The translations under genes were made by a program, and so were the position numbers. A DNA stretch of 40,577 nucleotides from Dehalococcoidales bacterium (GTDB lineage: Bacteria > Chloroflexota > Dehalococcoidia > Dehalococcoidales > E44-bin46). Numbering within the stretch: the first letter of the stretch is position 1; each line of letters opens with the position of its first letter. Below are positions 1-8,128 of this stretch, piece by piece. The stretch is from the NCBI GenBank assembly GCA_034430355.1, contig DAOUFA010000080.1:1-40577 (forward strand). The letters run 5' to 3'. The notes beneath the pieces are model-generated. The model was not told the origin of the DNA, ran no database searches, and worked only from the letters and a program-made list of their open reading frames with translations.

Positions 1-2
1 AT

Positions 3-101
3 ACCCTGGTCATGATTACCCACGAAGCTGATATTGCTCATCATTGCCAGCGTGTCATACATCTCAAGGACGGCCAGATAGTCAGGGAGGAAGAATTATG
101 A
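3..101 (+). CDS. ABC transporter ATP-binding protein, C-terminal fragment (5' end outside window)
   Basis: The frame is open from the window edge and reads ...TLVMITHEADIAHHCQRVIHLKDGQIVREEEL*, a typical tail of MacB/LolD-type ABC ATPases. Its TGA overlaps the ATG of the following permease (ATGA at 98-101). Confidence 0.6.
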   Translation, partial: TLVMITHEADIAHHCQRVIHLKDGQIVREEEL

Positions 102-1345
102 AGAGGTTGCTCGAGCCTCTGGCTAACGCCTGGGTAGGGGTGAGGACGCATAAGCTACGCAGCTCGCTGACCATCTTGGGCCTCGTTATTGGCGTAGCCG
201 CTGTAATTGCCCTGATGTCTATTGGCAGGGGTGTGCAGGCACAAATCATATCCCAAATTGAATCTCTTGGCTCAAACCTTGTTACTATCATGCCCGGTGC
301 GGCTACGCAATGGGGGGTCAGGGGTAGTGCTAGTAGTGCTGCCACCCTTACTTCGGAAGACGCGACAGCAATATCAGAACAGGTTCCTTACGTAAGTTCA
401 GTGGCACCTTATTCTTCAGCGAACCAGCAGTTAGTCTTCGGTAGTGAGAATATGAATGCCCAGGTTATCGGGGTAACTCCCGAGTATCAGGAGGTATATA
501 ATTTGGAGATAACCGAGGGAGCTTTCATCTCCCAATATAATTATCAGAGTGGGGCGAAGGTAGCCGTCATCGGTGCCAACGTGAAAGATGAGCTTTTCAG
601 CGGTGTTGACCCCGTAGGGCAGCAGATAAGAATGGGTAATAATATTGTCCGAGTTATGGGCGTCCTGGAAAGTAAAGGAGCATCCATGATGGGATCAACC
701 GATGATGCCATTCTAATTCCGTTGACCACTCTCCAGCAAACAGTTACTCAACAACGAAGCAGTACCGGTGAGCACCTGGTTAGTTCAATAGCGCTAACGG
801 TTAGCGACCAGGAGCAGGCGGATTATGTTGTTAGTGAAGTCACCTCATTGCTTCGCTCGCGGCACCAGCTTGGTTCGGGTGTGGAGGACGATTTCACCGT
901 ACGCTCTATGGAGGAACTAGCCAGTACTGTGTCCGAAATGACAGGCACACTGACCCTCTTTTTGGGTGCCATCGCTGGCATCTCATTGCTGGTGGGGGGT
1001 ATTGGGGTGATGAATATCATGCTGGTCTCGGTCGTCGAGAGAACCCGGGAGATAGGTATCCGCAAGGCGCTGGGAGCCAGAGAGCGTGATATATGGACTC
1101 AATTCCTTACCGAGTCGGCTTTCCTATCGTTTGCCGGCGGCCTTATTGGGGCTGCCGTTGGGTGGGGGGCCTCAAAGCTTATTTCCAGCATGGGGATAAT
1201 GGGGGGGACGATAACTACTGTGGTATCCTCTGATATCATAATCCTGGCTCTTGCGGTGTCCGTTGGTATCGGTTTACTTTTTGGATTCTTACCGGCACGG
1301 CGTGCTGCCCGCCTCAATCCTATCGAAGCGCTCAGGTATGAGTAG
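98..1345 (+). CDS. ABC transporter permease, MacB/FtsX family
   Basis: The track ORF is 44..1345. MKRLLEPLANAW at 98 is the likelier start because of the 4-nt overlap with the upstream ATPase stop. The protein has an N-terminal TM helix, a large periplasmic domain and a C-terminal FtsX-like 3-TM bundle (ERTREIGIRKALGA motif). Confidence 0.85.
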   Translation: MKRLLEPLANAWVGVRTHKLRSSLTILGLVIGVAAVIALMSIGRGVQAQIISQIESLGSNLVTIMPGAATQWGVRGSASSAATLTSEDATAISEQVPYVSSVAPYSSANQQLVFGSENMNAQVIGVTPEYQEVYNLEITEGAFISQYNYQSGAKVAVIGANVKDELFSGVDPVGQQIRMGNNIVRVMGVLESKGASMMGSTDDAILIPLTTLQQTVTQQRSSTGEHLVSSIALTVSDQEQADYVVSEVTSLLRSRHQLGSGVEDDFTVRSMEELASTVSEMTGTLTLFLGAIAGISLLVGGIGVMNIMLVSVVERTREIGIRKALGARERDIWTQFLTESAFLSFAGGLIGAAVGWGASKLISSMGIMGGTITTVVSSDIIILALAVSVGIGLLFGFLPARRAARLNPIEALRYE

Positions 1346-1480
1346 GGAGCCGTTCCTCCTGACTATGCGAATACCACCAGAGAGATTATGCCTTTGCTGT
1401 ATTCTGTGAGATTGCACAAACCGCTAGAAGGTGTAATTAGGAAAGTGCAGTTAGGTAGGAAAGGGGCGCTATTAGTCGGG

Positions 1481-1557
1481 TGGTGGGCAGTAGAGGACTT
1501 GAACCTCTGACCTCCTGTGTGTAAAACAGACGCTCTAACCATCTGAGCTAACCGCCC
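1481..1557 (-). tRNA. tRNA-Val (anticodon TAC), CCA encoded
   Basis: The reverse complement folds by hand into a cloverleaf. The acceptor is GGGCGGT/ACTGCCC, the anticodon stem TCTGT/ACAGG, the loop TTTACAC and the T-loop TTCAAGT. The 3' end is ACCA. Confidence 0.85.
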
Positions 1558-1562
1558 ACAAG

Positions 1563-1639
1563 TGGCGCGCTTGGCGGGTCTCGAACCCACGACCTCAGCC
1601 TCCGCAGGGCTGCGCTCTATCCTACTGAGCTACAAGCGC
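1563..1639 (-). tRNA. tRNA-Arg (anticodon GCG as read), CCA encoded
   Basis: In the reverse complement the acceptor is GCGCTTG/CAAGCGC, the anticodon stem CAGCC/GGCTG, the loop CTGCGGA and the T-loop TTCGAGA. The 3' end is GCCA. Confidence 0.8.
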
Positions 1640-1650
1640 CAGACTAATAG

Positions 1651-1736
1651 TGGTGCCGAAGGGGAGATTTGAACTCCCACACCCTTACGGGCACTACGTC
1701 CTGAACGTAGCGCGTCTGCCATTCCGCCACTTCGGC
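1651..1736 (-). tRNA. tRNA-Leu (anticodon CAG), long variable arm, CCA encoded
   Basis: In the reverse complement the acceptor is GCCGAAG/CTTCGGC, the anticodon stem CTACG/CGTAG and the loop TTCAGGA. There is a long variable arm and the T-loop is TTCAAAT. Confidence 0.85.
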
Positions 1737-1737
1737 A

Positions 1738-1813
1738 TGGTGGGCGATACTGGACTTGAACCAGTGACCTCTTGCGTGTGAAGCAAGCGCTCTAACCACT
1801 GAGCTAACCGCCC
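1738..1813 (-). tRNA. tRNA-Val (anticodon CAC), CCA encoded
   Basis: In the reverse complement the acceptor is GGGCGGT, the anticodon stem CTTGC/GCAAG, the loop TTCACAC and the T-loop TTCAAGT. Confidence 0.85.
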
Positions 1814-1824
1814 AAATCATATCT

Positions 1825-1853
1825 ATTTTAGCCCAAATAACCAGCCTTGTAAA
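1825..1853 (-). promoter_or_regulatory. Putative sigma70-type promoter of the tRNA cluster
   Basis: The minus strand reads TTTACA, a 17-nt spacer, then TAAAAT. It ends about 11 nt upstream of the first tRNA (Val-CAC). Confidence 0.4.
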
Positions 1854-2130
1854 CCTAGTTGGTTGGACTTGACTTTAGTCGTCTTTCAGGACATTGTCAA
1901 TATCCCAAAGTATCCCAACACCTACACCCTAAATCATCGCATTTATAGTACTAAAGTCATACAAAATGCCTCGTACTAATGAGGGATTGTCAATACAGCT
2001 GGGAGAAGTTAATCTAAATATGGTTAGCTTGAGCTAAAGAATAGGAGTTAATGTTCTATGGCGATAAGTCCAGGGTGTTACGCCATCGCCAGGAATTAAC
2101 GCCAAACTTGAAGGTAGGAGGCAAATAGGC

Positions 2131-2223
2131 ATGTCAATTTGGGTTGGTATAGGAATAGTTATTGCTCTGGTAGCAGTGTTGATTGGGCTGAGAAGGCGAA
2201 AGTCTCAAAGTTCCAAGAGTTAG
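2131..2223 (+). CDS. Possible 30-aa single-TM micropeptide (MSIWVGIGIVIALVAVLIGLRRRKSQSSKS)
   Basis: It is below the ORF-track size cut-off. AGGAGG lies about 8 nt upstream of the ATG. A hydrophobic helix is followed by a basic tail. Confidence 0.35.
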   Translation: MSIWVGIGIVIALVAVLIGLRRRKSQSSKS

Positions 2224-2252
2224 GGATATGCTTACCGCGAACCGGGATTATT

Positions 2253-2606
2253 TCAAGGCAAGAAGCGCCCCTCATCCAGATAACCTTGCAGAATAATTGC
2301 TGCCGCTATCGCATCATACCGAGCTTTCTTTCTGGGTTTCTTGCCACTAGCCGCTTGCATCAAACGCCTGGCTAATACTGTTGATAAGCGCTCGTCCCTA
2401 AACTCTACCGGAACCTGGGTTTGGCTACATAGTTTCTGGACAAAAGCTTTTACCTTTTCGGCTTGCTTACCCAGACTACCGTCCATAGAGCGGGGCAAAC
2501 CAACTACAACTCGCTCGACCTGATGCTGGCTAATAAGGTTAATAATAGCCTCAATATCCGCTGTCTCATTTTTACAAGTGATAATGGTAAGCGGGCTAGC
2601 CAGCAT
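2253..2606 (-). CDS. ruvX: Holliday-junction resolvase-like nuclease RuvX/YqgF (first-ATG model; the true N-terminus probably lies upstream, to about 2663-2693)
   Basis: The body is YqgF-like (VVVGLPRSMDGSLGKQAEKV..., DERLST). The conserved N-terminal SLGLDIGDKRIGVALSDPQG is encoded in frame upstream of the first ATG. Confidence 0.8.
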   Translation of the reverse strand: MLASPLTIITCKNETADIEAIINLISQHQVERVVVGLPRSMDGSLGKQAEKVKAFVQKLCSQTQVPVEFRDERLSTVLARRLMQAASGKKPRKKARYDAIAAAIILQGYLDEGRFLP

Positions 2607-2664
2607 GCCCTGGGGGTCGCTGAGAGCTACGCCAATTCTTTTATCTCCGATATCAAGTCCCAGG

Positions 2665-5334
2665 CTACGCGTTGTGTTTACCTCCGCGTGATATCAAGTC
2701 TTTCACCAGACTCAAGGCTTCATCTAACTTGCCTTTATACTTGCCCCCCGCCTGGGCAAATCGGGCTTTGCCACCACCACTGCCACCGGTGACCATTGCC
2801 ACTTGCTTAACTATTTCGCCAGCATGATAGCCCCTAGCAACTAAATCAGGGGTTACCGCAGCCAAGAAAACCGGCTTATTATCATAAACTGTGCCCAGGA
2901 CTATAACCACACTTTTTAGCTGTTCCCTGAGCAGGTCGCTCATTTCTCGCAGCGCCTCCAGTCGAGAGGATGGCACCCTGGCGGCGAGCACGGTTATCCC
3001 CTTGACCACCTCTGTCTGACCTAATAAGGATGTGGCTATTTTCTGGGACAGCTCCCTTTCCAGAGCCAGAGCCCGTCGGCGTTCCTTACCCAGTTCAGTA
3101 ACTAGACTAGATACCTTGTCCTGGACCTTATCTGGTGAGGCACCTATAAATTGAGCAATCTTATCTAAACTGGAAGATTGCCGATTAATAAATTCCTCCG
3201 CCCCCCTACCAGTGACGGCTTCAATGCGGCGCAACCCAGTACCAATGCTACTCTCACTAATGATGTGAAAGAAGCCTATCTCCCCGGTTGAGGCGACATG
3301 GGTACCGCCACATAGCTCAGCACTAATAACCGGTTCGCCAATTTTCACTACTCGAACTACATCACCATACTTTTCACCAAACAGGGCTATAGCCCCTTCC
3401 TCTATAGCCTGCTTATATGGAATATCTTCACTATAGACCTTCAGGTTCTGGCGAATTTTATCGTTGACGATATGGTTAACCTCCTCTATCGCCTCTGGCA
3501 TCAGTGCCACTAAGTGAGAGAAGTCAAATCTAAACCGGTCGGGGGCTACCAGTGAACCCCTTTGCTCAACATGCTCGCCCAATACCTGCCGCAGAGCCAA
3601 CTGGAGTAAATGGGTAGCGGTATGGTTACGAGCAATATCAAGCCGCCGTTCTTTATCCACTATAGCCTCTACTTTATCCCCTACCGTTAGACTGCCCTCG
3701 GTAACATGCCCCTGGTGGACAGCAATGTCCGGTGGAACCCGAACAGTATTGGTAACCTGAAATTTCCCCGACGAGCTCCGTATCTCACCGGTATCGCCTA
3801 CCTGCCCCCCCATCTCGCCATAGAACGGGGTGGACTCCAATATAACGCTTACCTCCTGCCCCTCCGATACTGTCTCCACAGATTCATTCTCAATCAAGAG
3901 GTCAACAATCTTGGATTTATGTTTGAGCCTATGATGACCAACAAAAAGGTGTTTATGTACCGTTGCCCTGGCTCTCAGTGTTCCTCTCCCACGCAAGGTG
4001 GCTTTTCCAGTCACTACCCGGGCTGCTCTTGCTCTCTCCCGCTGCTTCGCCATTTCCTGCTCAAAGCCGGCTAAATCAACTGAAAAACCGCGCTCGGTGG
4101 CAATCTCGGTGGTTAGCTCCACAGGAAAGCCGTAGGTGTCGTATAGCTTAAAAGCCTTCTCACCCGAGATTTTGCTTTCTCCCTTGCTGGCCAGTTCGTC
4201 TATAGTGCCATCCAACAATTCAAGCCCGGTGCTAAGTGTCTCCTTGAACCTGGCTTCCTCAGCCTCAATGACCTTAATGATGAAGTCCCGTTTTGGCACT
4301 ATTTCAGGGTAAATATGCCCCATCTGCTGGATAGTAGTCTTAGCCGATTCCAGCAGGAACGGCTTGTCCACCCCCAATCTGCGGCTAAGGAGTGCGGTGC
4401 GGCGCAGTAGCCGACGCAGGACATAGCCCCGCCCCTCGTTACCGGGGATTACTCCGTCAGCGATAAGGAAGGCAATTCCCCGACTATGCTCAGCTATTAT
4501 CCGCATAGTATTATCAGTATCTTTATCAGCGCCATATTTAATTCCGGCCAGCCCAGATATACATCCCAGTAAAGGAACAAAGAAGTCAGTTTCATAGACC
4601 GAGGTTTTGCCCTGGACTACAGCCGCCGTCCTTTCCAAGCCCATACCGGTATCAATATTAGGCTTGGGCAGTGGGGTGCGGTGCCCTTCCTTATCCTGGT
4701 TATACTGGGTAAACACCAGGTTCCAAATCTCGGAAAAGCGACCACAATCGCAATTTGGACCGCAAGAAGCCTTGCCACAGCCAAACTCCTCACCAAAGTC
4801 ATAGTGAATTTCACTGCAAGGTCCGCAGGGTCCGGAATCACCGGCTGGTCCCCAGAAGTTGTCCTCCTCACCAAATCTCAGTATCCTAGGCTCAGGCACA
4901 CCTATTTCCCGCCAGTAGCCAAAAGATTCTTCATCGTCAAGAAAAATAGTTATCCAGAGCCTCTGTGGCGGGAGCCGTAAGCGTTGAGTTGCAAATTCCC
5001 AGGCCCAGTTAATGGCTTCCTGCTTAAAATAGTCACCGACACTGAAATTACCCAGCATCTCAAAGAAGGTGAGGTGGCCGGGGTCACCTACCGATTCAAT
5101 ATCAGTAACCCGAAAGCACTTCTGGCATGAGGCTAAACGGGGACTAGGTGGTGGCGTCTCGCCTAAAAAGTAAGGCTTAAACTGCACCATACCGGCACTA
5201 GTAAGCAGTAGAGTAGGGTCACCCCGGGGTATTAAAGAGGAGCCAGGAATAATTTTATGCCCTTTCCCCTCAAAGAAGCTCAAAAATGCCGCCCTAATTT
5301 CATCGCCAGTCAATTGTTGCTCACCATCGGTCAA
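2665..5334 (-). CDS. alaS: Alanine--tRNA ligase
   Basis: The product is 889 aa. The N-terminus reads IRAAFLSFFEGKGHKIIPGSSLIP. Class II core motifs, the editing-domain HxxxH/CGGTHV motif and a C-terminal DHHA1-like tail are present. Confidence 0.97.
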   Translation of the reverse strand: MTDGEQQLTGDEIRAAFLSFFEGKGHKIIPGSSLIPRGDPTLLLTSAGMVQFKPYFLGETPPPSPRLASCQKCFRVTDIESVGDPGHLTFFEMLGNFSVGDYFKQEAINWAWEFATQRLRLPPQRLWITIFLDDEESFGYWREIGVPEPRILRFGEEDNFWGPAGDSGPCGPCSEIHYDFGEEFGCGKASCGPNCDCGRFSEIWNLVFTQYNQDKEGHRTPLPKPNIDTGMGLERTAAVVQGKTSVYETDFFVPLLGCISGLAGIKYGADKDTDNTMRIIAEHSRGIAFLIADGVIPGNEGRGYVLRRLLRRTALLSRRLGVDKPFLLESAKTTIQQMGHIYPEIVPKRDFIIKVIEAEEARFKETLSTGLELLDGTIDELASKGESKISGEKAFKLYDTYGFPVELTTEIATERGFSVDLAGFEQEMAKQRERARAARVVTGKATLRGRGTLRARATVHKHLFVGHHRLKHKSKIVDLLIENESVETVSEGQEVSVILESTPFYGEMGGQVGDTGEIRSSSGKFQVTNTVRVPPDIAVHQGHVTEGSLTVGDKVEAIVDKERRLDIARNHTATHLLQLALRQVLGEHVEQRGSLVAPDRFRFDFSHLVALMPEAIEEVNHIVNDKIRQNLKVYSEDIPYKQAIEEGAIALFGEKYGDVVRVVKIGEPVISAELCGGTHVASTGEIGFFHIISESSIGTGLRRIEAVTGRGAEEFINRQSSSLDKIAQFIGASPDKVQDKVSSLVTELGKERRRALALERELSQKIATSLLGQTEVVKGITVLAARVPSSRLEALREMSDLLREQLKSVVIVLGTVYDNKPVFLAAVTPDLVARGYHAGEIVKQVAMVTGGSGGGKARFAQAGGKYKGKLDEALSLVKDLISRGGKHNA

Positions 5335-5456
5335 AAATAATTACTATACGATTTTAGTCGAAGTCACACTAACTGTCAAAAGGGGGCTCGGGCATGGCTA
5401 CAGTTTTGGCTTACTGCCATTTTGCCTCCCGATTCGCTCTAAACTTGAAGAAGCGG

Positions 5457-6461
5457 CTATACCTTACGCCGCTGGCATAGCTCAGCAATCAGAATATTGA
5501 GAGCAAGCTCACCGCTATATTTCCCGGTCTTAATAGACAGGTCAGTTTCCAAAAGTCTATGATATGCTTCCTTAATCCGCGCTAAAGAGTACCTACCAGC
5601 TTGCTCTAATGTCTTACGCAAGACAAAGTCTGAGGTCAAACCCAACTTATTCTGAATCTCTACTTCAGGTTTCCCCTGGCTCCTTAGCTCCTTTGCCCGG
5701 ACCATCATCTCAATCTGGCGTAATAGCATAGCCAGAAGATAGGCGGGGGCAGCTCCCCTCTCCAGTAACTGCTGGAGAGACTGCTCAGCTATCCCAGCCT
5801 TGAACTCAAGGATAGCATCAACCATAGCAAAAACATTAACTTGATGGGTATAGCTTACTACCCTCGTAACATCCTCTTCCTCAATACGGCGACCTGAGGT
5901 GAACAGGACAAGCTTGTTAATTTCACTGCTCATAATCCATAGATTGCCGCCTACGAGCTTAACCAGCTGGTTTACTGCCCCCGGGGATATACTGCCGCCT
6001 TCCTTCAGCACGCGCCTTCGAATCCATTGGCGAAGCTCAGTGTTTCTCAGCAGAGGGAATGTCCTTACCTCTGCCCTAGTTGAAAGTGCCCTCAGGAGAG
6101 GATTTTTGCTGACCAGTCTACCATCTATTAATACTAATATGGTGCTATCGGGTATCTGGCTAATGCCGTCGACTAATAATTTATACTCGTTTTGCTGGTT
6201 TGCCGGTGTAATTTTCTTTTGACCACCGGATTTACCTTTGGGCTCAAAACGTCCCAACAGCCCGTTAACGATAACCAATCGCCTTTCCGACAGAAAAGGC
6301 ACCGTCTCACAAACAGCTTTTAATTGGTCCAGGGTCACCTGCTGACCATCAAGTACAGTGGTATTAGCCGCTAAAAGTGCCTGGTCGCCCATACCTCTTT
6401 TTATCTCCTCCAGCGACTCACCAAGGGAAAAATCATCCTGTCCTGACAGTATATACAACAA
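5457..6461 (-). CDS. holA: DNA polymerase III delta subunit
   Basis: The product is 334 aa. The N-terminus is MLYILSGQDDFSL, followed by ...CETVPFLSERRLVIV... in the delta-subunit pattern, with a helical C-terminal domain. Confidence 0.8.
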   Translation of the reverse strand: MLYILSGQDDFSLGESLEEIKRGMGDQALLAANTTVLDGQQVTLDQLKAVCETVPFLSERRLVIVNGLLGRFEPKGKSGGQKKITPANQQNEYKLLVDGISQIPDSTILVLIDGRLVSKNPLLRALSTRAEVRTFPLLRNTELRQWIRRRVLKEGGSISPGAVNQLVKLVGGNLWIMSSEINKLVLFTSGRRIEEEDVTRVVSYTHQVNVFAMVDAILEFKAGIAEQSLQQLLERGAAPAYLLAMLLRQIEMMVRAKELRSQGKPEVEIQNKLGLTSDFVLRKTLEQAGRYSLARIKEAYHRLLETDLSIKTGKYSGELALNILIAELCQRRKV

Positions 6462-6603
6462 GGTCTGGTTCCCCCTATTTATCGGTCTCCCTCATTTTAT
6501 CACATTAATGAATACTTTTATTGAAGAATAGAGATATAAAGAGTAAAATGAAGGCGAATAATGCCTTGCCCGACGGCATTACAGGGCTAATAGGAGAGGT
6601 ATA

Positions 6604-6825
6604 ATGTCAGAGCAACCAAATGAACTAAAGAAGCTAACTGCTATTGCCACCGACCTACAACTTGCTGGTGAGCTGAGGACTAAATCTATTGAACTGATAG
6701 GTAATATGGGCAGCCATGAGGCACTTCTAGCCTTACTCGATTTAGTCGCTAACGAAAAGTTGATTGTTGATGAAAGAGACCTCGCCCTTAAGCAGGCCAG
6801 AAGAATAATAAAGTCGAGCCGTTAA
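6604..6825 (+). CDS. Small HEAT-repeat-like protein (73 aa)
   Basis: GGAGAGG lies upstream of the ATG. ELRTKSIELIGNMGSHEALLALLDLVANEK resembles a PBS-lyase/HEAT-like repeat. Confidence 0.5.
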   Translation: MSEQPNELKKLTAIATDLQLAGELRTKSIELIGNMGSHEALLALLDLVANEKLIVDERDLALKQARRIIKSSR

Positions 6826-6836
6826 TAACAGGGTGT

Positions 6837-7955
6837 GTGGTTAAGCCAATGAGTGTTGATATTGGCATTATAGGGCTAGCTAAAAGCGGCAGGACGACCA
6901 TCTTCAATGCTTTAACCGGGGGTAAAGTTGAGACCGGAAGCTATGCTCAAAAAGGCTTAACCCCGCATGTTGGAATAGCCAGGGTTCCAGAGCCCCGTCT
7001 TAAAATACTAGCCGATATGCTTCACCCTAAGAGGGTGGTCTCAGCTGAGGTAAGGTACCTTGATATCGGGGCTTCAGTTAAGGGTCTGGTCAAGGACAAG
7101 GCTATAAGCAGCCAATTCCTGGCCCAGCTTAGCAACACAGATAGTCTTATTAATGTTGTCCGAGCCTTTGTTGATGAAAGCATACCCCATATTGAAGGTA
7201 GCCTGGATGTGGAGCGGGATATTGCCACTATAGATTTGGAACTTGCCTTCTCCGACCTGGCGTTACTAGAGCGAAGACTGGAGAGGATAGAAGTAGCCTT
7301 AAAAGGGGAGAAACAGCTTGAGCACCAAAGTCTTCTCCGAGAGCAAGAATTGCTAACCAAGGTTAAGGCTAATTTGGAAAAAGAGCTACCCCTCAGGGGG
7401 CTAGAGCTAACTACTGACGAAGCTAGAACAATTGCTAATTACCAGTTCCTCACCGCTAAGCCACTGTTAATAGTGGTCAATATTGGAGAGGAACAGCTAT
7501 CTCAGGCAGTATCTTTAGAGGCGGAACTGAAGACACATTATTCACGACCGAAATACGGTGTTATTGCCCTCTGTGGCAAGCTAGAAATGGAGCTGGCTCA
7601 ACTGGATGAGATTGCTGCTGAGAGATTTCGCGCTGAATTCGGTATAACAGAATCCGGCCTTGACCGCACTATTAAATTATCCTACGAACTATTAGGGCTA
7701 ATCTCGTTCTTCACTATAGCCTCAGATGAAATTAAGGCTTGGTCTGTTCAAAATGGAACCAGTGCTCTTAAGGCTGCGGGTAAAATCCACTCCGATATGG
7801 AAAGGGGCTTCATTCGGGCAGAGGTAATTAGCTACGATGACCTGATGAAGTGTACTAGCCTATCTGAAGCTCGCAAGAAAGGGCTTCTCCGGCTGGAGGG
7901 CAAGAACTACATAGTTCAGGACGGCGATATAATTACCTTCCTATTTAATGTCTAA
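6837..7955 (+). CDS. ychF: Redox-regulated ATPase YchF (Obg-like GTPase family)
   Basis: The P-loop is GIIGLAKSGRTTIFNALTG. The central coiled-coil insert and C-terminal TGS-like domain (YIVQDGDIITFLFNV) are present. The start may be the ATG at 6849 rather than the GTG at 6837. Confidence 0.9.
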   Translation: MVKPMSVDIGIIGLAKSGRTTIFNALTGGKVETGSYAQKGLTPHVGIARVPEPRLKILADMLHPKRVVSAEVRYLDIGASVKGLVKDKAISSQFLAQLSNTDSLINVVRAFVDESIPHIEGSLDVERDIATIDLELAFSDLALLERRLERIEVALKGEKQLEHQSLLREQELLTKVKANLEKELPLRGLELTTDEARTIANYQFLTAKPLLIVVNIGEEQLSQAVSLEAELKTHYSRPKYGVIALCGKLEMELAQLDEIAAERFRAEFGITESGLDRTIKLSYELLGLISFFTIASDEIKAWSVQNGTSALKAAGKIHSDMERGFIRAEVISYDDLMKCTSLSEARKKGLLRLEGKNYIVQDGDIITFLFNV

Positions 7956-7979
7956 ACGGAAATATCCCCAGGAGTGAAA

Positions 7980-7992
7980 TTGGCTCCCCGAG
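7980..7992. repeat. 13-nt exact copy of the tRNA-Asn 3' end (TTGGCTCCCCGAG)
   Basis: It is identical to 21078-21090 in direct orientation. It sits in the ychF/acs intergenic region and also forms the small hairpin GGCTC-CCC-GAGCC. Confidence 0.5.
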
Positions 7993-8128
7993 CCATTTAA
8001 TAGATAGAACTTCCAAGATGGTTTTTACGTTCTGTTAAGCTCGCCCTGGAGGAACTTCTGAAAAGCGATTGGGCACTTCCCTCGCAGGTACCCCATCACA
8101 CAATCAGGAAAGAGTGCCAACAGCAGGG

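Noticed and set aside
2058-2099. 13-codon ORF (MAISPGCYAIARN) with an AGGAG upstream, possibly a leader peptide
   Set aside because: It is too short to evaluate, and I could see no attenuator structure or amino-acid-biased codon run. It is left unannotated.
3706-4980. Multiple plus-strand ORFs (62-122 aa) inside alaS, and similar antisense ORFs inside acs, the permease, the lipoprotein genes, pdxS and the R3H ATPase gene
   Set aside because: These are shadow ORFs on the opposite strand of long, clearly homologous genes. They have no independent signals and unnatural amino-acid composition.
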